Shown here: piece by piece, positions 40,570 to 50,666 of the stretch
Numbering within the stretch: the stretch's first letter is position 1
Layout: each line of letters starts with the position of its first letter
Assembly (NCBI GenBank): GCA_965200875.1
Contig: OZ241456.1
Location: forward strand, 1,216,001-1,280,000
Direction: 5' to 3'
Length of the DNA stretch: 64,000 bases
Source: Bdellovibrionales bacterium
Lineage (GTDB): Bacteria > Bdellovibrionota > Bdellovibrionia > Bdellovibrionales > UBA1609
Position numbers and translations under genes: made by a program
Notes under the pieces: generated by a model
Told to the model about the DNA's origin: nothing
What the model saw: only the letters and a program-made list of their open reading frames with translations
Database searches by the model: none

Positions 40570-41085
40570 TTATGCTACAGGAGTTGGTCCAGAAGACAGA
40601 GCTAAAAACTCATCTCCAGTTTGAACGGTTATTTCTTCGTGCGAGTTTGTATAATCTGTGTTTGTTTTGGCATTAAATAGTTTGAATTTATCCACCGGAA
40701 CAAATTTTGCTTTTTCAAGTATTTGAGTAACTGTCAGCTTATTATCTGAAGCTGAAATTTCTTGTTTTTCCCCATTGACAGTATAATATATTTTTACATC
40801 CTGTATTTTATGTTCAATGGAAAATACATCATCATTTTTAATTTCCAACTTTTTATGCAAGTCATCCTTTGCTGGTCCATTCCATACTTCCTGTTTTTTA
40901 TCTCCTTGAATTTTAAAAATAACATAAGCAGGATAAGGTTCCTGTTTCTGTCCAAGCTCTAAAATATCTTTAGGAGTTATAAAAGACTCAGACCATAGCT
41001 TTTCTTGACCATCTATTTTTATATGTATTTCAACCATACCAACAACACCAATGTATTTTTTCAGAGACTTCTGCCAATTTTCCAT
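40570..41085 (-). CDS. Multi-ubiquitin (tandem beta-grasp) protein
   Basis: Two repeats: IKIDGQ..ITPKDIL..KNDDVF and YTVNGE..LTVTQIL..QTGDEF; C-terminus GPTPVA. Confidence 0.8.
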   Translation of the reverse strand: MENWQKSLKKYIGVVGMVEIHIKIDGQEKLWSESFITPKDILELGQKQEPYPAYVIFKIQGDKKQEVWNGPAKDDLHKKLEIKNDDVFSIEHKIQDVKIYYTVNGEKQEISASDNKLTVTQILEKAKFVPVDKFKLFNAKTNTDYTNSHEEITVQTGDEFLALSSGPTPVA

Positions 41086-41297
41086 ACCTTACAAGAATTT
41101 CCCTTTCAAGTCCAGAACGAGATATTTTTATTGACAATTTTTTGCTCTTTCACTGATATTTTTTGTAAGACAACAAGATTTTTGTTGTAAAATTTGCAAT
41201 TCCACCCAAACTGTTTATCAAAACATCAAGTGATAACAAGGTGTTAAAAGCTTTTTCGCGCATGTTGGTTAAAAAAAAGGTTGCGCTTTTAATTTTT

Positions 41298-42218
41298 TTA
41301 AGAAGGAGGCGGTTTTTTAACTTCCACCTGAAGAGGTGTTCTAAAGTGCAGATCTTTTTGAGGAAAAGCAATTACTATACCATGTTCTCTAAATAGCTCA
41401 TCTATGCGAAAACGAATATCACTGGGTATTTTTTTTAACTCCATAATGTGTTGCACACGTACCCAAAAAGAAACAGAAAAATCCAAAGAATTATTGCCAA
41501 ACTCCTTAAAAAACACAATAGGATTTGGAGATTTTAGAACCATTTTATGTTCGGTTACGGCTCGCAAAAGCAATTTCTCCACTTGTCGGGTGGGAGAACC
41601 ATAAATAACCCCCACATTTACCCTTCTTCTCACTACAGAATCTGAGAGTGTCCAATTCAAAATATTTTTCTCCAAAAAAGAGCTGTTAGGAACTACAATT
41701 TGAGTATTGTCTATGGATTTGATTCGGGTGGCCCGGGCACCAATTCGCTCCACTTCTCCTGTCAGACCTTCCACTTCCACTATATCCCCTGCCCGGATGG
41801 GTTGCTCCAAAATCACAATCAAACCACTGATAAAGTTATTCACAATATTTTGAGAACCAAGACCAATACCCACAGCCAGAGCACCACCAATTACCGTAAA
41901 AATGGTAATAGGAATATTTAAAAGCCTCATGGTAAAGAGACAGAGAATTATCATGGAAAAATAAAGTGTAAAAGTGGAGATAGCGTGCCCGACTGACTCC
42001 TGAACATCCAGTTTTCTTAAAATAATCCTCTCAAGCTGGCGCGTCAGCTGGCGCAGTATAAAATAACCAACAATAAGGAGAGTGATACCAATGATGAGAT
42101 CGCCTAAAGTAATATGATTTTTTCCTATTTTAAACAAATGCGAGTTCCAGATTCCGGGCACTTTTGCCCATATATCTGTAATAATAAGATCTATTTGATA
42201 CCAAATTGCTTTCCACAT
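41298..42218 (-). CDS. Small-conductance mechanosensitive channel (MscS family)
   Basis: GALAVGIGLGSQNIVNNFISG, GD.VEV.G..G.V..IG.RAT, IAFPQ. Confidence 0.93.
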   Translation of the reverse strand: MWKAIWYQIDLIITDIWAKVPGIWNSHLFKIGKNHITLGDLIIGITLLIVGYFILRQLTRQLERIILRKLDVQESVGHAISTFTLYFSMIILCLFTMRLLNIPITIFTVIGGALAVGIGLGSQNIVNNFISGLIVILEQPIRAGDIVEVEGLTGEVERIGARATRIKSIDNTQIVVPNSSFLEKNILNWTLSDSVVRRRVNVGVIYGSPTRQVEKLLLRAVTEHKMVLKSPNPIVFFKEFGNNSLDFSVSFWVRVQHIMELKKIPSDIRFRIDELFREHGIVIAFPQKDLHFRTPLQVEVKKPPPS

Positions 42219-42356
42219 AATACCTTTATGTTGGAAATAAGATCGGCACAGGTCAAGAATAATATGTTCAATCCGCCAGAAAAAACTACTTGTCTCCTCC
42301 CGAAAAATTTTTTGACTTATACCTCTCCCCTCACACGAGGTTCTGTTTATGGAATT

Positions 42357-42402
42357 TTGTAATAACCTTGGCAATGGTCTTGTAATAACCTTGGCAATGG
42401 TC
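42357..42402 (+). repeat. 23-bp perfect tandem duplication
   Basis: TTGTAATAACCTTGGCAATGGTC x2 in the mscS-sucA intergenic region. Confidence 0.9.
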
Positions 42403-42595
42403 TTAAAAAGCCCTCTGGTTCATACCCCCTCCCGTTCCAATATTTTGGTTCAATCCTGTGCTTTCTCCAGAAAATCATAGGAAGTCTGGAAAATCTAGGA
42501 AGTCTGGAATAAAAGCAAATTCCCACTTGCAAGAAACTGATATTTTTTATATAAGTAAAGTATTCAAACTTCCAAAAAAAGAACAATTATAATCA

Positions 42596-45391
42596 ATGGC
42601 TCATTTGGATTATTTAAACAGAAGCAACCTGGACTATATTGAAAGTCTGTTTCAGAAGTATCGGGAACAGCCACACCAAACTCCTCCTGAATGGAAAATG
42701 TTTTTCAACGGAGTGGAATTGGCGCAAAATCTCTCATCCGGTTTCCTACCGGAAAAAGAGCTGGCAGTTTTTCAAACTATCTCTGCTTACCGCGAAGACG
42801 GACATCTGAAAGCCAATTTAGACCCTTTACAGCTAAAACAAGCTGGGAACTCAAAAAAAACACCTTCTTTTCTTTCCGCTTTTGGTCTGAATGAAAAAGA
42901 TCTAAAAAAGAATTTTCAAATCAGCTCTGTCTTAGGAATGAAATCGGGGGAATCTCTTAAAACCATTCTTGATTTTATGGAAAAAACATACTGTGGAACA
43001 CTCAGTCTTCAGGTTGGAGGATGCCAACCGGAAGTGAGAGAATGGTTTTTTAACGAGTTTGAAGGACGGGGGGAGCTTTTTCAGCTTTCCTCCGAACAGA
43101 AAAAAAACCTTTTTTACGAGCTGGCCAAAACAGAAGCTTTGGAAAAGTTTTTGCATTCCCGTTTCGTGGGAGCCAAGCGATTTTCCATAGAGGGGGGAGA
43201 CGCACTTATCCCCATGCTGGAATATCTGACAGAAAAAGGTGCTACAAAACTGAAAATAAAAGAGCTTATTATTGGCATGGCTCACCGAGGCCGGCTGAAT
43301 GTGCTCAACAACTTTATGAATCAAGCCACAGAAATTGTATTTATGGAATTTGACGGTGGAAAAGCCCTCAAGCATTTTGATTTTGAGGGGGATGTAAAGT
43401 ACCACGCAGGTTACTCTTCAGTTAAAAAGTTTGCCGATGGTTCCTCCTGCAATGTGTTACTGGCTTATAACCCCAGCCACTTGGAGGCAGTCAACCCTGT
43501 GGTGTGCGGAATTGCCCGCGCGCGACAAAGAGCTTTAAAAGATCATCAGAAAAGAAAAGCGGTTTTGCCAGTTTTGATTCACGGAGATGCGGCTTTCAGC
43601 GGACAAGGTTCTGCTAGTGAAACTTTGCAACTTTCTGAACTGGAAGGTTTTACCACTGGTGGGGTTTTACATATTATTCTGAACAATCAAATAGGCTTCA
43701 CGACGGATCCGATGGACTCCCGCTCTTCTGTTCACTCTTCTGATCTTGCAAAAGCCATTCAGGCCCCGGTCCTGTTGGTCAATGGGGACGACATAAATGC
43801 CTGTGTAAAAGCAATGGACATGGCTTTGCGTTTTCGGCAAAAATTCGGAAAAGATGTATTTATAGACTTAATATGTTATCGGCGGTTCGGCCATAATGAA
43901 GGTGATGAACCGGCCTTTACACAACCCATAATGTATCAAAAAATAAAACAGCATCCCACTGCCCGACATATTTACGCCAAAGAATTGGAAAAGGAAAAAC
44001 TCATGAACAATCAGGAGTCTCAAGCCTTTTATGATAGCCAAATTCAGGAATTACAAAGCATACTGGATAAAACCAGAAAAGAAAACAAAGTTCTCACGAA
44101 AGAGGATTTAAAAGGAACACTTTGGGAGCAGTACAAAAAAACCACTGAAAGCGATTTTTTCAAAGAAGTGGATACCTGCCCCTTGGATAGACACTTGGAC
44201 AAAACTCTTAAGGTACTTACTGAAGTTCCTGAAAATTTTAACCTGCATTCCAAAGTGAAAAAACTCATTCAGGATCGGCAAAAAAAAGTAAAGGAAGATA
44301 AACTGGATTGGGCTTTATGCGAACTTTCCGCATACGGAACACTTTGTCTGGAAAATCATCCTGTGCGTGTTTCCGGCCAGGATTCCAAAAGAGGTACTTT
44401 TTCTCATCGCCATGCTGTCTATTTTGACACGCAAACCGGAGCAAGTTATTCCCCTCTTTCCTTGCTAAACCCTGATAAGGGAGAATTTTGCATTTACAAT
44501 TCCCCTCTCTCTGAAATGGCCGTCTTGGGTTTTGAGTACGGAAACGCCTGTGCTGACCATTCTTTTTTTACAGTTTGGGAAGCTCAGTTTGGCGATTTTG
44601 CCAATGGAGCACAAATTATCATCGATCAATTCATCAGCAGTGGAGAGGAAAAATGGATGCAAAACTGTGGTTTGGTTTTGCTCCTGCCACATGGCTATGA
44701 GGGGCAAGGGCCGGAACATTCCAGTGCTAGGCTGGAGAGGTTTCTTCAGCTTTGTGCCCAAGGAAATATGCAGGTTTGCCACCCCACCACTCCCGCCAAT
44801 TTTTTTCATCTTCTAAGAAGGCAGGTAAAAAGACATTTCAGAAAACCCCTTGTGATAATGACACCTAAGTCTTTATTAAGACACCCTGAAGTGGTATCTT
44901 CCAAAAAAGATCTGATCCGCTCTTATGGTTTTCAGGAAGTGATTGCCGATCCAAAAGTCACAAAACCCAAAAATGTGGAAGTGTTAGTTTTATGTAGCGG
45001 TAAAGTGTATTTTGACTTAAAAGCCGAAATGGAGAAAGCTTTGAAAACTAACACCCACTCTTCTGTTGCAGGCCGTGATCATACAGCTTTTGTAAGAGTG
45101 GAGCAACTTTATCCGTTTCCTCGTTTGGCACTCACACCCTTTTTAAATGGCTATCACCGCCTAAAAAAGGTTTTATGGATACAGGAAGAGCCTGCCAATA
45201 TGGGTGCTGGTTCTTATATAATACCCCGACTTAGAGCTTTTATGGATGAAATTGGCTTAGGAAATATACCACTTACCTTCCTGAGCCGTAAAGAAAAAGC
45301 CTCTCCCGCCACAGGTTCTCATCAAGTCCATAAAAAAGAATATGAAGAACTTATTAAAAAGTTTTTTATTCAACTGGGAGTAGAAGTATAA
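42596..45391 (+). CDS. sucA: 2-oxoglutarate dehydrogenase E1
   Basis: GMAHRGRLN, GDVKYH, NPSHLEAV, HGDAAF.GQG, PHGYEGQGPEHSS. Confidence 0.98.
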   Translation: MAHLDYLNRSNLDYIESLFQKYREQPHQTPPEWKMFFNGVELAQNLSSGFLPEKELAVFQTISAYREDGHLKANLDPLQLKQAGNSKKTPSFLSAFGLNEKDLKKNFQISSVLGMKSGESLKTILDFMEKTYCGTLSLQVGGCQPEVREWFFNEFEGRGELFQLSSEQKKNLFYELAKTEALEKFLHSRFVGAKRFSIEGGDALIPMLEYLTEKGATKLKIKELIIGMAHRGRLNVLNNFMNQATEIVFMEFDGGKALKHFDFEGDVKYHAGYSSVKKFADGSSCNVLLAYNPSHLEAVNPVVCGIARARQRALKDHQKRKAVLPVLIHGDAAFSGQGSASETLQLSELEGFTTGGVLHIILNNQIGFTTDPMDSRSSVHSSDLAKAIQAPVLLVNGDDINACVKAMDMALRFRQKFGKDVFIDLICYRRFGHNEGDEPAFTQPIMYQKIKQHPTARHIYAKELEKEKLMNNQESQAFYDSQIQELQSILDKTRKENKVLTKEDLKGTLWEQYKKTTESDFFKEVDTCPLDRHLDKTLKVLTEVPENFNLHSKVKKLIQDRQKKVKEDKLDWALCELSAYGTLCLENHPVRVSGQDSKRGTFSHRHAVYFDTQTGASYSPLSLLNPDKGEFCIYNSPLSEMAVLGFEYGNACADHSFFTVWEAQFGDFANGAQIIIDQFISSGEEKWMQNCGLVLLLPHGYEGQGPEHSSARLERFLQLCAQGNMQVCHPTTPANFFHLLRRQVKRHFRKPLVIMTPKSLLRHPEVVSSKKDLIRSYGFQEVIADPKVTKPKNVEVLVLCSGKVYFDLKAEMEKALKTNTHSSVAGRDHTAFVRVEQLYPFPRLALTPFLNGYHRLKKVLWIQEEPANMGAGSYIIPRLRAFMDEIGLGNIPLTFLSRKEKASPATGSHQVHKKEYEELIKKFFIQLGVEV

Positions 45392-45513
45392 AATTGGGAG
45401 TGTAAAATACTGAATATTTTTTTCTTTGGCAGATTTTGAAAGTTTGTTATATGAAAAACCCTATAAAGTTTTTGACATATCATACTAAAAACCTGAAGAA
45501 TAAGGAAAAACAT

Positions 45514-45589
45514 GACCCGCTAGCTCAGTTGGTAGAGCATCTCCCTTTTAAGGAGAGGGTCCTTGGTTCGAGCCCAAGGCGGGTCACCA
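45514..45589 (+). tRNA. tRNA-Lys(TTT)
   Basis: Cloverleaf GACCCGC...GCGGGTC-ACCA; anticodon loop CTTTTAA. Confidence 0.97.
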
Positions 45590-45592
45590 CTA

Positions 45593-45667
45593 GTTCCCTT
45601 CGTCTAGCGGTCAGGATGTCACCCTTTCACGGTGAAGACACGGGTTCGATTCCCGTAGGGAACGCCA
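45593..45667 (+). tRNA. tRNA-Glu(TTC)
   Basis: GTTCCCT...AGGGAAC-GCCA; anticodon loop CTTTCAC. Confidence 0.97.
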
Positions 45668-45953
45668 TATATTTTGTAACTAATTGAAATAACTTGTAAT
45701 TTTTCTATCACTGATCACTTGGCAGAGGAAATTTAACTAATAGCGTCATAAATTCTCAAAAAAATGCCCCTTGAACCTTTATACTTTCAACCTTTATAGG
45801 AGTTGTCCGTGATAAACCTTTATAGGAAGTAGCTCGTGAAAAAACCTTTCCTAAACTGAAAGAATCTCTAAGAGCTTTCAGTCCCTTGAAAACGGGAATC
45901 TTGTTGAATTTTAGGGAAATGTTCAAAATAAATAACAGGCAGGTTGTATATAA

Positions 45954-46191
45954 TGATGAAAAATAAAATTAATCAACTTTCTTTTTTTGAAGAAACAAAA
46001 TTATCGAATCATCTCTTCAAGAAATTTGAAGAGATCCATAATTATATATATGCCAATGAGGGGCTATCTGAACAACAAGTTTTAGAGGAGATTATAAAAA
46101 TTTTATTTATAAAGTTTTATGATGAACAAAAAAATAGTGACAGGTTTTACATTTCAAAAACAGATTTTTTAAATATAAATTCCAAAAAAAC
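45954..46191 (+). pseudogene. N-terminal fragment of an N6-adenine DNA methyltransferase (HsdM-like)
   Basis: FEEIHNYIYANEG...EEIIKILFIKFYDE; cut by IS3. Confidence 0.7.
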
Positions 46192-46212
46192 TGGAGTGGC
46201 CCCTATTTTTGG

Positions 46213-47100
46213 CTACCTCATTTGTGTTGATTTAATATACTCCACAGGTGACTTCATGCCAAGTGCTGAATGGGGAGCTTTATGGTTATAATCATATATC
46301 CATTCTTTTAATAATTTCATAGTGTCTTCAGCACAGGAGCAGTCATTCACATACACATAATCTCGTTTTATTGTCTTTACAAAAGCCTCTGCCATACCAT
46401 TACTCTCTGGACTGTAAGCCCTCGTAAAACAAGGCTTTAAACCCAGCTGGCGGGCCAATACCTGCACATTATACGCTCTGTAAATACTCCCTCGATCCGA
46501 TAAAAATTCAATCTCTCTATTTGTTCGACAAGCATCAAATCGCCCTTCTACAGCACTAATCATCAAACCCTGTATGTCTTCTTCTGATAAAAGAGGCTTT
46601 AACGACGCCGTAAAGCTTAAAATCTCCCTGTCACATGTGTCTAACACAAAAGAAACATACACCTTCTCTCCATTAAAACAATGAATTTCAAAACAATCAG
46701 AACACCACCTCGTATTGGAATACAATGTCATCACTTTTCCTGTACTCTTATGCCCTTCCCTTCTGCTGACAGCTTTGGGTAACAAAAGGCCATTTTCTTT
46801 CATTACACGATAAATACGCTTCTTATTATACTTGCTTAAACCCTTTAAAACCCTCTCCTTGTTGTAAAGAGCCGTTACACGCTTGTAACCATAAGTGGGA
46901 CGATCCTTTATCACAGCTCTTATCCCTGATAAAATTTGCTTATCTTTATCCTTTATCTTCATCTTAACACTTCTCCTCTCACTCACTTTGTAAAGAGACT
47001 TTGGATGAATCCCTATTAACTCACAAAATCTTTTTTTACAGCAGATCGCTGAGCAGTGGATGATAAACTCTTTTGCAAATTCAGTTTTTCTTCCCTCCAC
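46213..47100 (-). CDS. IS3-family transposase OrfB (DDE)
   Basis: YGYKRV, RWCSD, SDRGS.Y, SNGMAEAF, YN..PHSALG. Confidence 0.95.
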   Translation of the reverse strand: MEGRKTEFAKEFIIHCSAICCKKRFCELIGIHPKSLYKVSERRSVKMKIKDKDKQILSGIRAVIKDRPTYGYKRVTALYNKERVLKGLSKYNKKRIYRVMKENGLLLPKAVSRREGHKSTGKVMTLYSNTRWCSDCFEIHCFNGEKVYVSFVLDTCDREILSFTASLKPLLSEEDIQGLMISAVEGRFDACRTNREIEFLSDRGSIYRAYNVQVLARQLGLKPCFTRAYSPESNGMAEAFVKTIKRDYVYVNDCSCAEDTMKLLKEWIYDYNHKAPHSALGMKSPVEYIKSTQMR

Positions 47101-47402
47101 TTTTTTTTCATAAACTCATTCCATTGCTTAAGAGTGGTGATATCCAATGCTTGATCAGCTACAGTATGCTTTAAACGAGAGTTCTCCACCTTTAAACGAT
47201 TTATCTCTAAAAGCAATTCCTCTTGGTCTAATCCTGTTGCTTTCTTTTCTCTGCGCATTTTCTCTCTCCTCCATTGATAAATAGTTGCGGCTTGAATCTG
47301 ATACTTCCGTGATAATTCGGAAATACTGAGACCACCTTGAAAATGCTCTGAAAGTATCAAAAATCTTTGATTTTTTGAAATCTTTTTGGAAAATCTATCC
47401 AT
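47016..47402 (-). CDS. IS3-family transposase OrfA (HTH)
   Basis: ISELSRKYQI...IYQWR; A8G slippery run at about 47100-47108 for -1 frameshift. Confidence 0.9.
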   Translation of the reverse strand: MDRFSKKISKNQRFLILSEHFQGGLSISELSRKYQIQAATIYQWRREKMRREKKATGLDQEELLLEINRLKVENSRLKHTVADQALDITTLKQWNEFMKKKWREEKLNLQKSLSSTAQRSAVKKDFVS

Positions 47403-47447
47403 TTTACCTCCTTTTAGAAGGTAGCCAAATTTTGGGGGTCAAGAACA

Positions 47448-48169
47448 TAATCGATGAAGATTTTAGTGCAGTGATATCAGATTACAATCAATTTTTAAAA
47501 ACATCTTCTACAAAATCCAATTCATCCTTCTGCATTAAAGCACAGAAATTAAATAGAAGATTTGATTACACATATCATCTCCCTGCAAATCGCAAACTAA
47601 TAAAACAATTAAAACAATTAAACTCTGTTTATCTTTTTGAGCTAGCTGATATTGTAAAGACAAAATCAACATTTTTAAAAAATAAAATTGTTAACTACAT
47701 TGAACTTTCAGATGTATATACGAATTCATTTGAAATTATTAACTCAGCAGGAATAGCTGTTAATAAGCTACCCAGTAGAGCCAGTTATGAACTAAAAACA
47801 GGGGATATTATTACGGCTGTTGCGGGTAATGCCATAGGAACTCATAAACACACTACTGCCTATGTCACAGAGGAATTTAACCATTCAATTTGCACAAATG
47901 GTTTTCGTGTATTAAGAAACTTCAGAATTAATCCATTTTATCTTTTGTATTATTTTCAAAGTGATTTATTTTTGAAGCAGGTATTTATGTATCGGACAGG
48001 AGCAGCCATTCCAGCATTATCAGATGAAGATTTCAGTAAAATTTTAATATATATTCCACCTGAAAAGGAAATGAAACAAATCAGCTTGACTGTGAAAAAA
48101 AGTTTTTATTTAAGACAAAAAGCCAAAAATGAAATGAAGAATATCACCTTAACTGAAATAAACCCATAA
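47448..48169 (+). pseudogene. C-terminal restriction-modification specificity (TRD/HsdS-like) fragment
   Basis: RRFD..Y, LPSRASY.LK.GDII, CTNGF, PFYL.YYF.S, TGAAIP; the ORF-track start lies inside the IS. Confidence 0.75.
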
Positions 48170-48216
48170 ACACAGCTATATTTATATCTTTTTTATTACT
48201 GCCCATCTTCATAGAT

Positions 48217-48340
48217 AATGGTCTGTGAAAAAGTTCTGTTTAAGTGAGTTACTTTCCTACTTATCGGAAGGCTCCCCCTTAGTACGTCATTCCCGTGAAA
48301 ACGGGAATCCAGAAAACCACATACTTTTTCACAGGCTACT
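48217..48340. mobile_element. Short inverted-repeat element, copy D
   Basis: AATGGTCTGTGAAAAA...GTCATTCCCGTGAAAACGGGAATCC...TTTTTCACAGGCTACT. Confidence 0.7.
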
Positions 48341-49357
48341 AAGTACTAGAAGGCCGACTGGCAATCTGTTTCGTAAGCTCCACTCCTGGAGGCAGAGGCA
48401 CACCTTGAGCTTTATTAAAACCCGTTGAAGGATTGGAAAAAGCAGACGCACTGGCATAAAGCAAAACCTGATCTTTAATATTACCTTTTTCCGTTGCCTC
48501 AACAAAGGACCGAAAAGTTGTCAGAGTTTTGGCTTTATTGGCATTTACAGTTTCGTTGTGTTTTTCTGCATGAAAATTTTTATTACAAAAATTTATAGCG
48601 TAAATCCATAAGCTAAGTATTATTCAAGCAACAATCTCCAGATAACCCAGCACAAGGGCTTCTTTTCCTTTAAAATACGCAAAAAGCCCACCAGTAATGA
48701 ATAGGCAACCTATATCAAGCCAAAAAGTAAATTTCGCCCCCATTTATACCATCTTTGAGCTTTTTTTAAGTGATCAATTTGAGCATTTGAATAGTGAATG
48801 GCATTTTGAGATACTCCTGCTTCAGCAGAGGCAGTCCTCATGGATTCTAAAATAGATTCAGCAGATTTTTTTTGATTTTCTATCTGATTTTTTTGTTCTT
48901 CAGAATGAGCTTTAACTTGCTCTAAAGTTTGTCTTGCTTCTCTTTCAATTTGTTTAAAATCCGTTCCTGCTTGATTTGCAAAGTTAACTACTGAGGATAC
49001 AGCTTCAAAAAAACCATCATAGGAATCTTCTACATCCTGCACAATATTATCCCTTGTATCCTTAGGACTGCTGTCTTCTAAATTGAGAGATCTTGCTCTT
49101 TCAAAAATCTCTTTATATGCTTGTAGTTTCCCTCGTATGTATGAAGTTTTGTCTTGAGGAACTCTTTCAAAATGACATTTTGAAAGATCTTCTATTAGTC
49201 CGAAAACCATTTCAAACTGTTCTTTTCCTTTGCGGTTAAAACTAACATCATGCAATCGATCCTCTCCGTATAATTCATCACGATCAATTTTTAAAAATTC
49301 TTGTATTTCAGTCTGCAGAGCTTTAGCTTCCTCTTTCATAGATTCAAGTATTGACAT
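48339..49357 (-). pseudogene. Coiled-coil membrane protein gene with a frameshift and premature stop
   Basis: Beyond the stop at 48710 another frame reads GGLFAYF...IVA*IILSL...HNETVNANKAKTLTTFRSFVEA...FSNPSTG, ending at TAG 48339. Confidence 0.7.
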
Positions 49358-49646
49358 TATAATCTTTCTCCATAATAAGGTTTAATAGTTCACAATCAGC
49401 TCAAAGCGAGAATGATCGTTTTTCAAGGTAACTGGTTACACCAAAAAACCTATTTTTTTGAGGTTTCAGTCACAGAATCAATGTATCATTTCTGTTCTGT
49501 TGTAGTAGTTTCGAGGACGATTATTAACCAAAAGCAGGATGTATGACAAGAAAAATAGGGTAAAAATGGTGTTTTAAAGTGTTTCTTCTTGATTTTCAGC
49601 TATAATTTTGTTGATTTTATATCCTAAAATAACGATAATATAAAAT

Positions 49647-49886
49647 ATGACTACTCAAAAAAAATCAAAACTGATAACTGAAGAAATCTTGGATCAATCT
49701 GGATTGGACGAAACTTCCAAAGCATTGGAGTTTTATAAGACATTTAAGGAAATTTCTGATATTACAGAAAAAATAGATATTGCTCTAGGCAGAAAAAAAA
49801 TATATACATATAGCTCTGGTTCAACAAAAAATTTTGAAATAGATACTGATGCAATCCCACCAACAATCCAATCGTATACGGTTTAA
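49647..49886 (+). CDS. Small hypothetical protein
   Basis: 79-aa ORF with plausible composition only. Confidence 0.45.
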   Translation: MTTQKKSKLITEEILDQSGLDETSKALEFYKTFKEISDITEKIDIALGRKKIYTYSSGSTKNFEIDTDAIPPTIQSYTV

Positions 49887-49993
49887 AATAACTCAAATAT
49901 AATATCTAAAATTATTAGAAAATTTTAGCTTTGAGTGGTTCTTCTTTTTTTCATTATCTGTGTTAATAACCATAAATTCTTGACAATATTTTA

Positions 49994-50022
49994 TTGACAA
50001 TGTTGTCAAAATCAAGTAAAAG
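49994..50022 (+). promoter_or_regulatory. TA promoter with palindromic operator
   Basis: TTGACAA-TG-TTGTCAA overlaps -35 TTGACA; TAAAAG lies 17 nt downstream. Confidence 0.7.
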
Positions 50023-50031
50023 TATTGAATA

Positions 50032-50307
50032 ATGTGGCAAATTGTCTTTACAAATAAAGCTCGTAAAAACTTTAAGAAGCTTCCTAGGCAGATCCAAGAG
50101 CAAACAGTTCTTTTAATAAATGAAATACAATTTGCAGGACCTATCAGAAGAAATTGGTCACATTTTTCAAAATTGATGAAAAATGAATATCATTGTCACT
50201 TAAAAAAAGGACATCCAACTTATGTTGTCTGCTGGAAAGTGATAAGTAAACAATTAAAAACTGTGGAGGTTTATTATGTCGGCACACATGAAAAAGCACC
50301 TTACTAA
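50032..50307 (+). CDS. RelE/HigB-like toxin
   Basis: WQIVFTNKARKNFKKLP...VEVYYVGTHEKAPY; upstream of an HTH gene. Confidence 0.8.
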   Translation: MWQIVFTNKARKNFKKLPRQIQEQTVLLINEIQFAGPIRRNWSHFSKLMKNEYHCHLKKGHPTYVVCWKVISKQLKTVEVYYVGTHEKAPY

Positions 50308-50653
50308 GGTAATGATAGGAAATGAAAAATTTAAATTGCGTTCCAAGGAGGTTAAAACTCTTTTGTCTTTGGTAAAAATTATGGAAAAATCGTACTCTCC
50401 GGGTAAAGATAACGCGAATTGGCCGATTGTTTATAAAGAAAATTTTGGTAATATGCCAGAGTGGGCTTTGTGTTTACGCTCAGCTCGCCGAAAAAAAAAA
50501 CTTTCTCAAAAAGAGTTAAGTAAAAAATGTCAGATTCCCATAACCACTATTTCAAAATATGAAAATGGAGAACGAAAAATCTCTGAACCTCAGGCTAAAA
50601 AATTAGCTAAAGCTTTACAAACACACTTTAAAGTGTTTTTGATTAAAAAATAA
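50276..50653 (+). CDS. XRE-HTH antitoxin (HigA-like)
   Basis: LRSARRKKKLSQKELS...ISKYENGER...KKLAKAL; GGAGG RBS. Confidence 0.85.
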   Translation: MSAHMKKHLTKVMIGNEKFKLRSKEVKTLLSLVKIMEKSYSPGKDNANWPIVYKENFGNMPEWALCLRSARRKKKLSQKELSKKCQIPITTISKYENGERKISEPQAKKLAKALQTHFKVFLIKK

Positions 50654-50666
50654 AGAAATTATAATG

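Larger units (their letters stand above)
46192..47447 (-). mobile_element. IS3-family (IS2-like) insertion sequence, 1256 bp
   Basis: TG...CA ends with imperfect IRs sharing TTTGGCTACCT; orfA/orfB; no flanking target duplication. Confidence 0.92.

Noticed and set aside
42357..42510. CRISPR array from short direct repeats
   Set aside because: Only two adjacent copies of each repeat, no unique spacers, no cas genes
45436..45687. 83-aa ORF
   Set aside because: Overlaps the two tRNA genes; spurious
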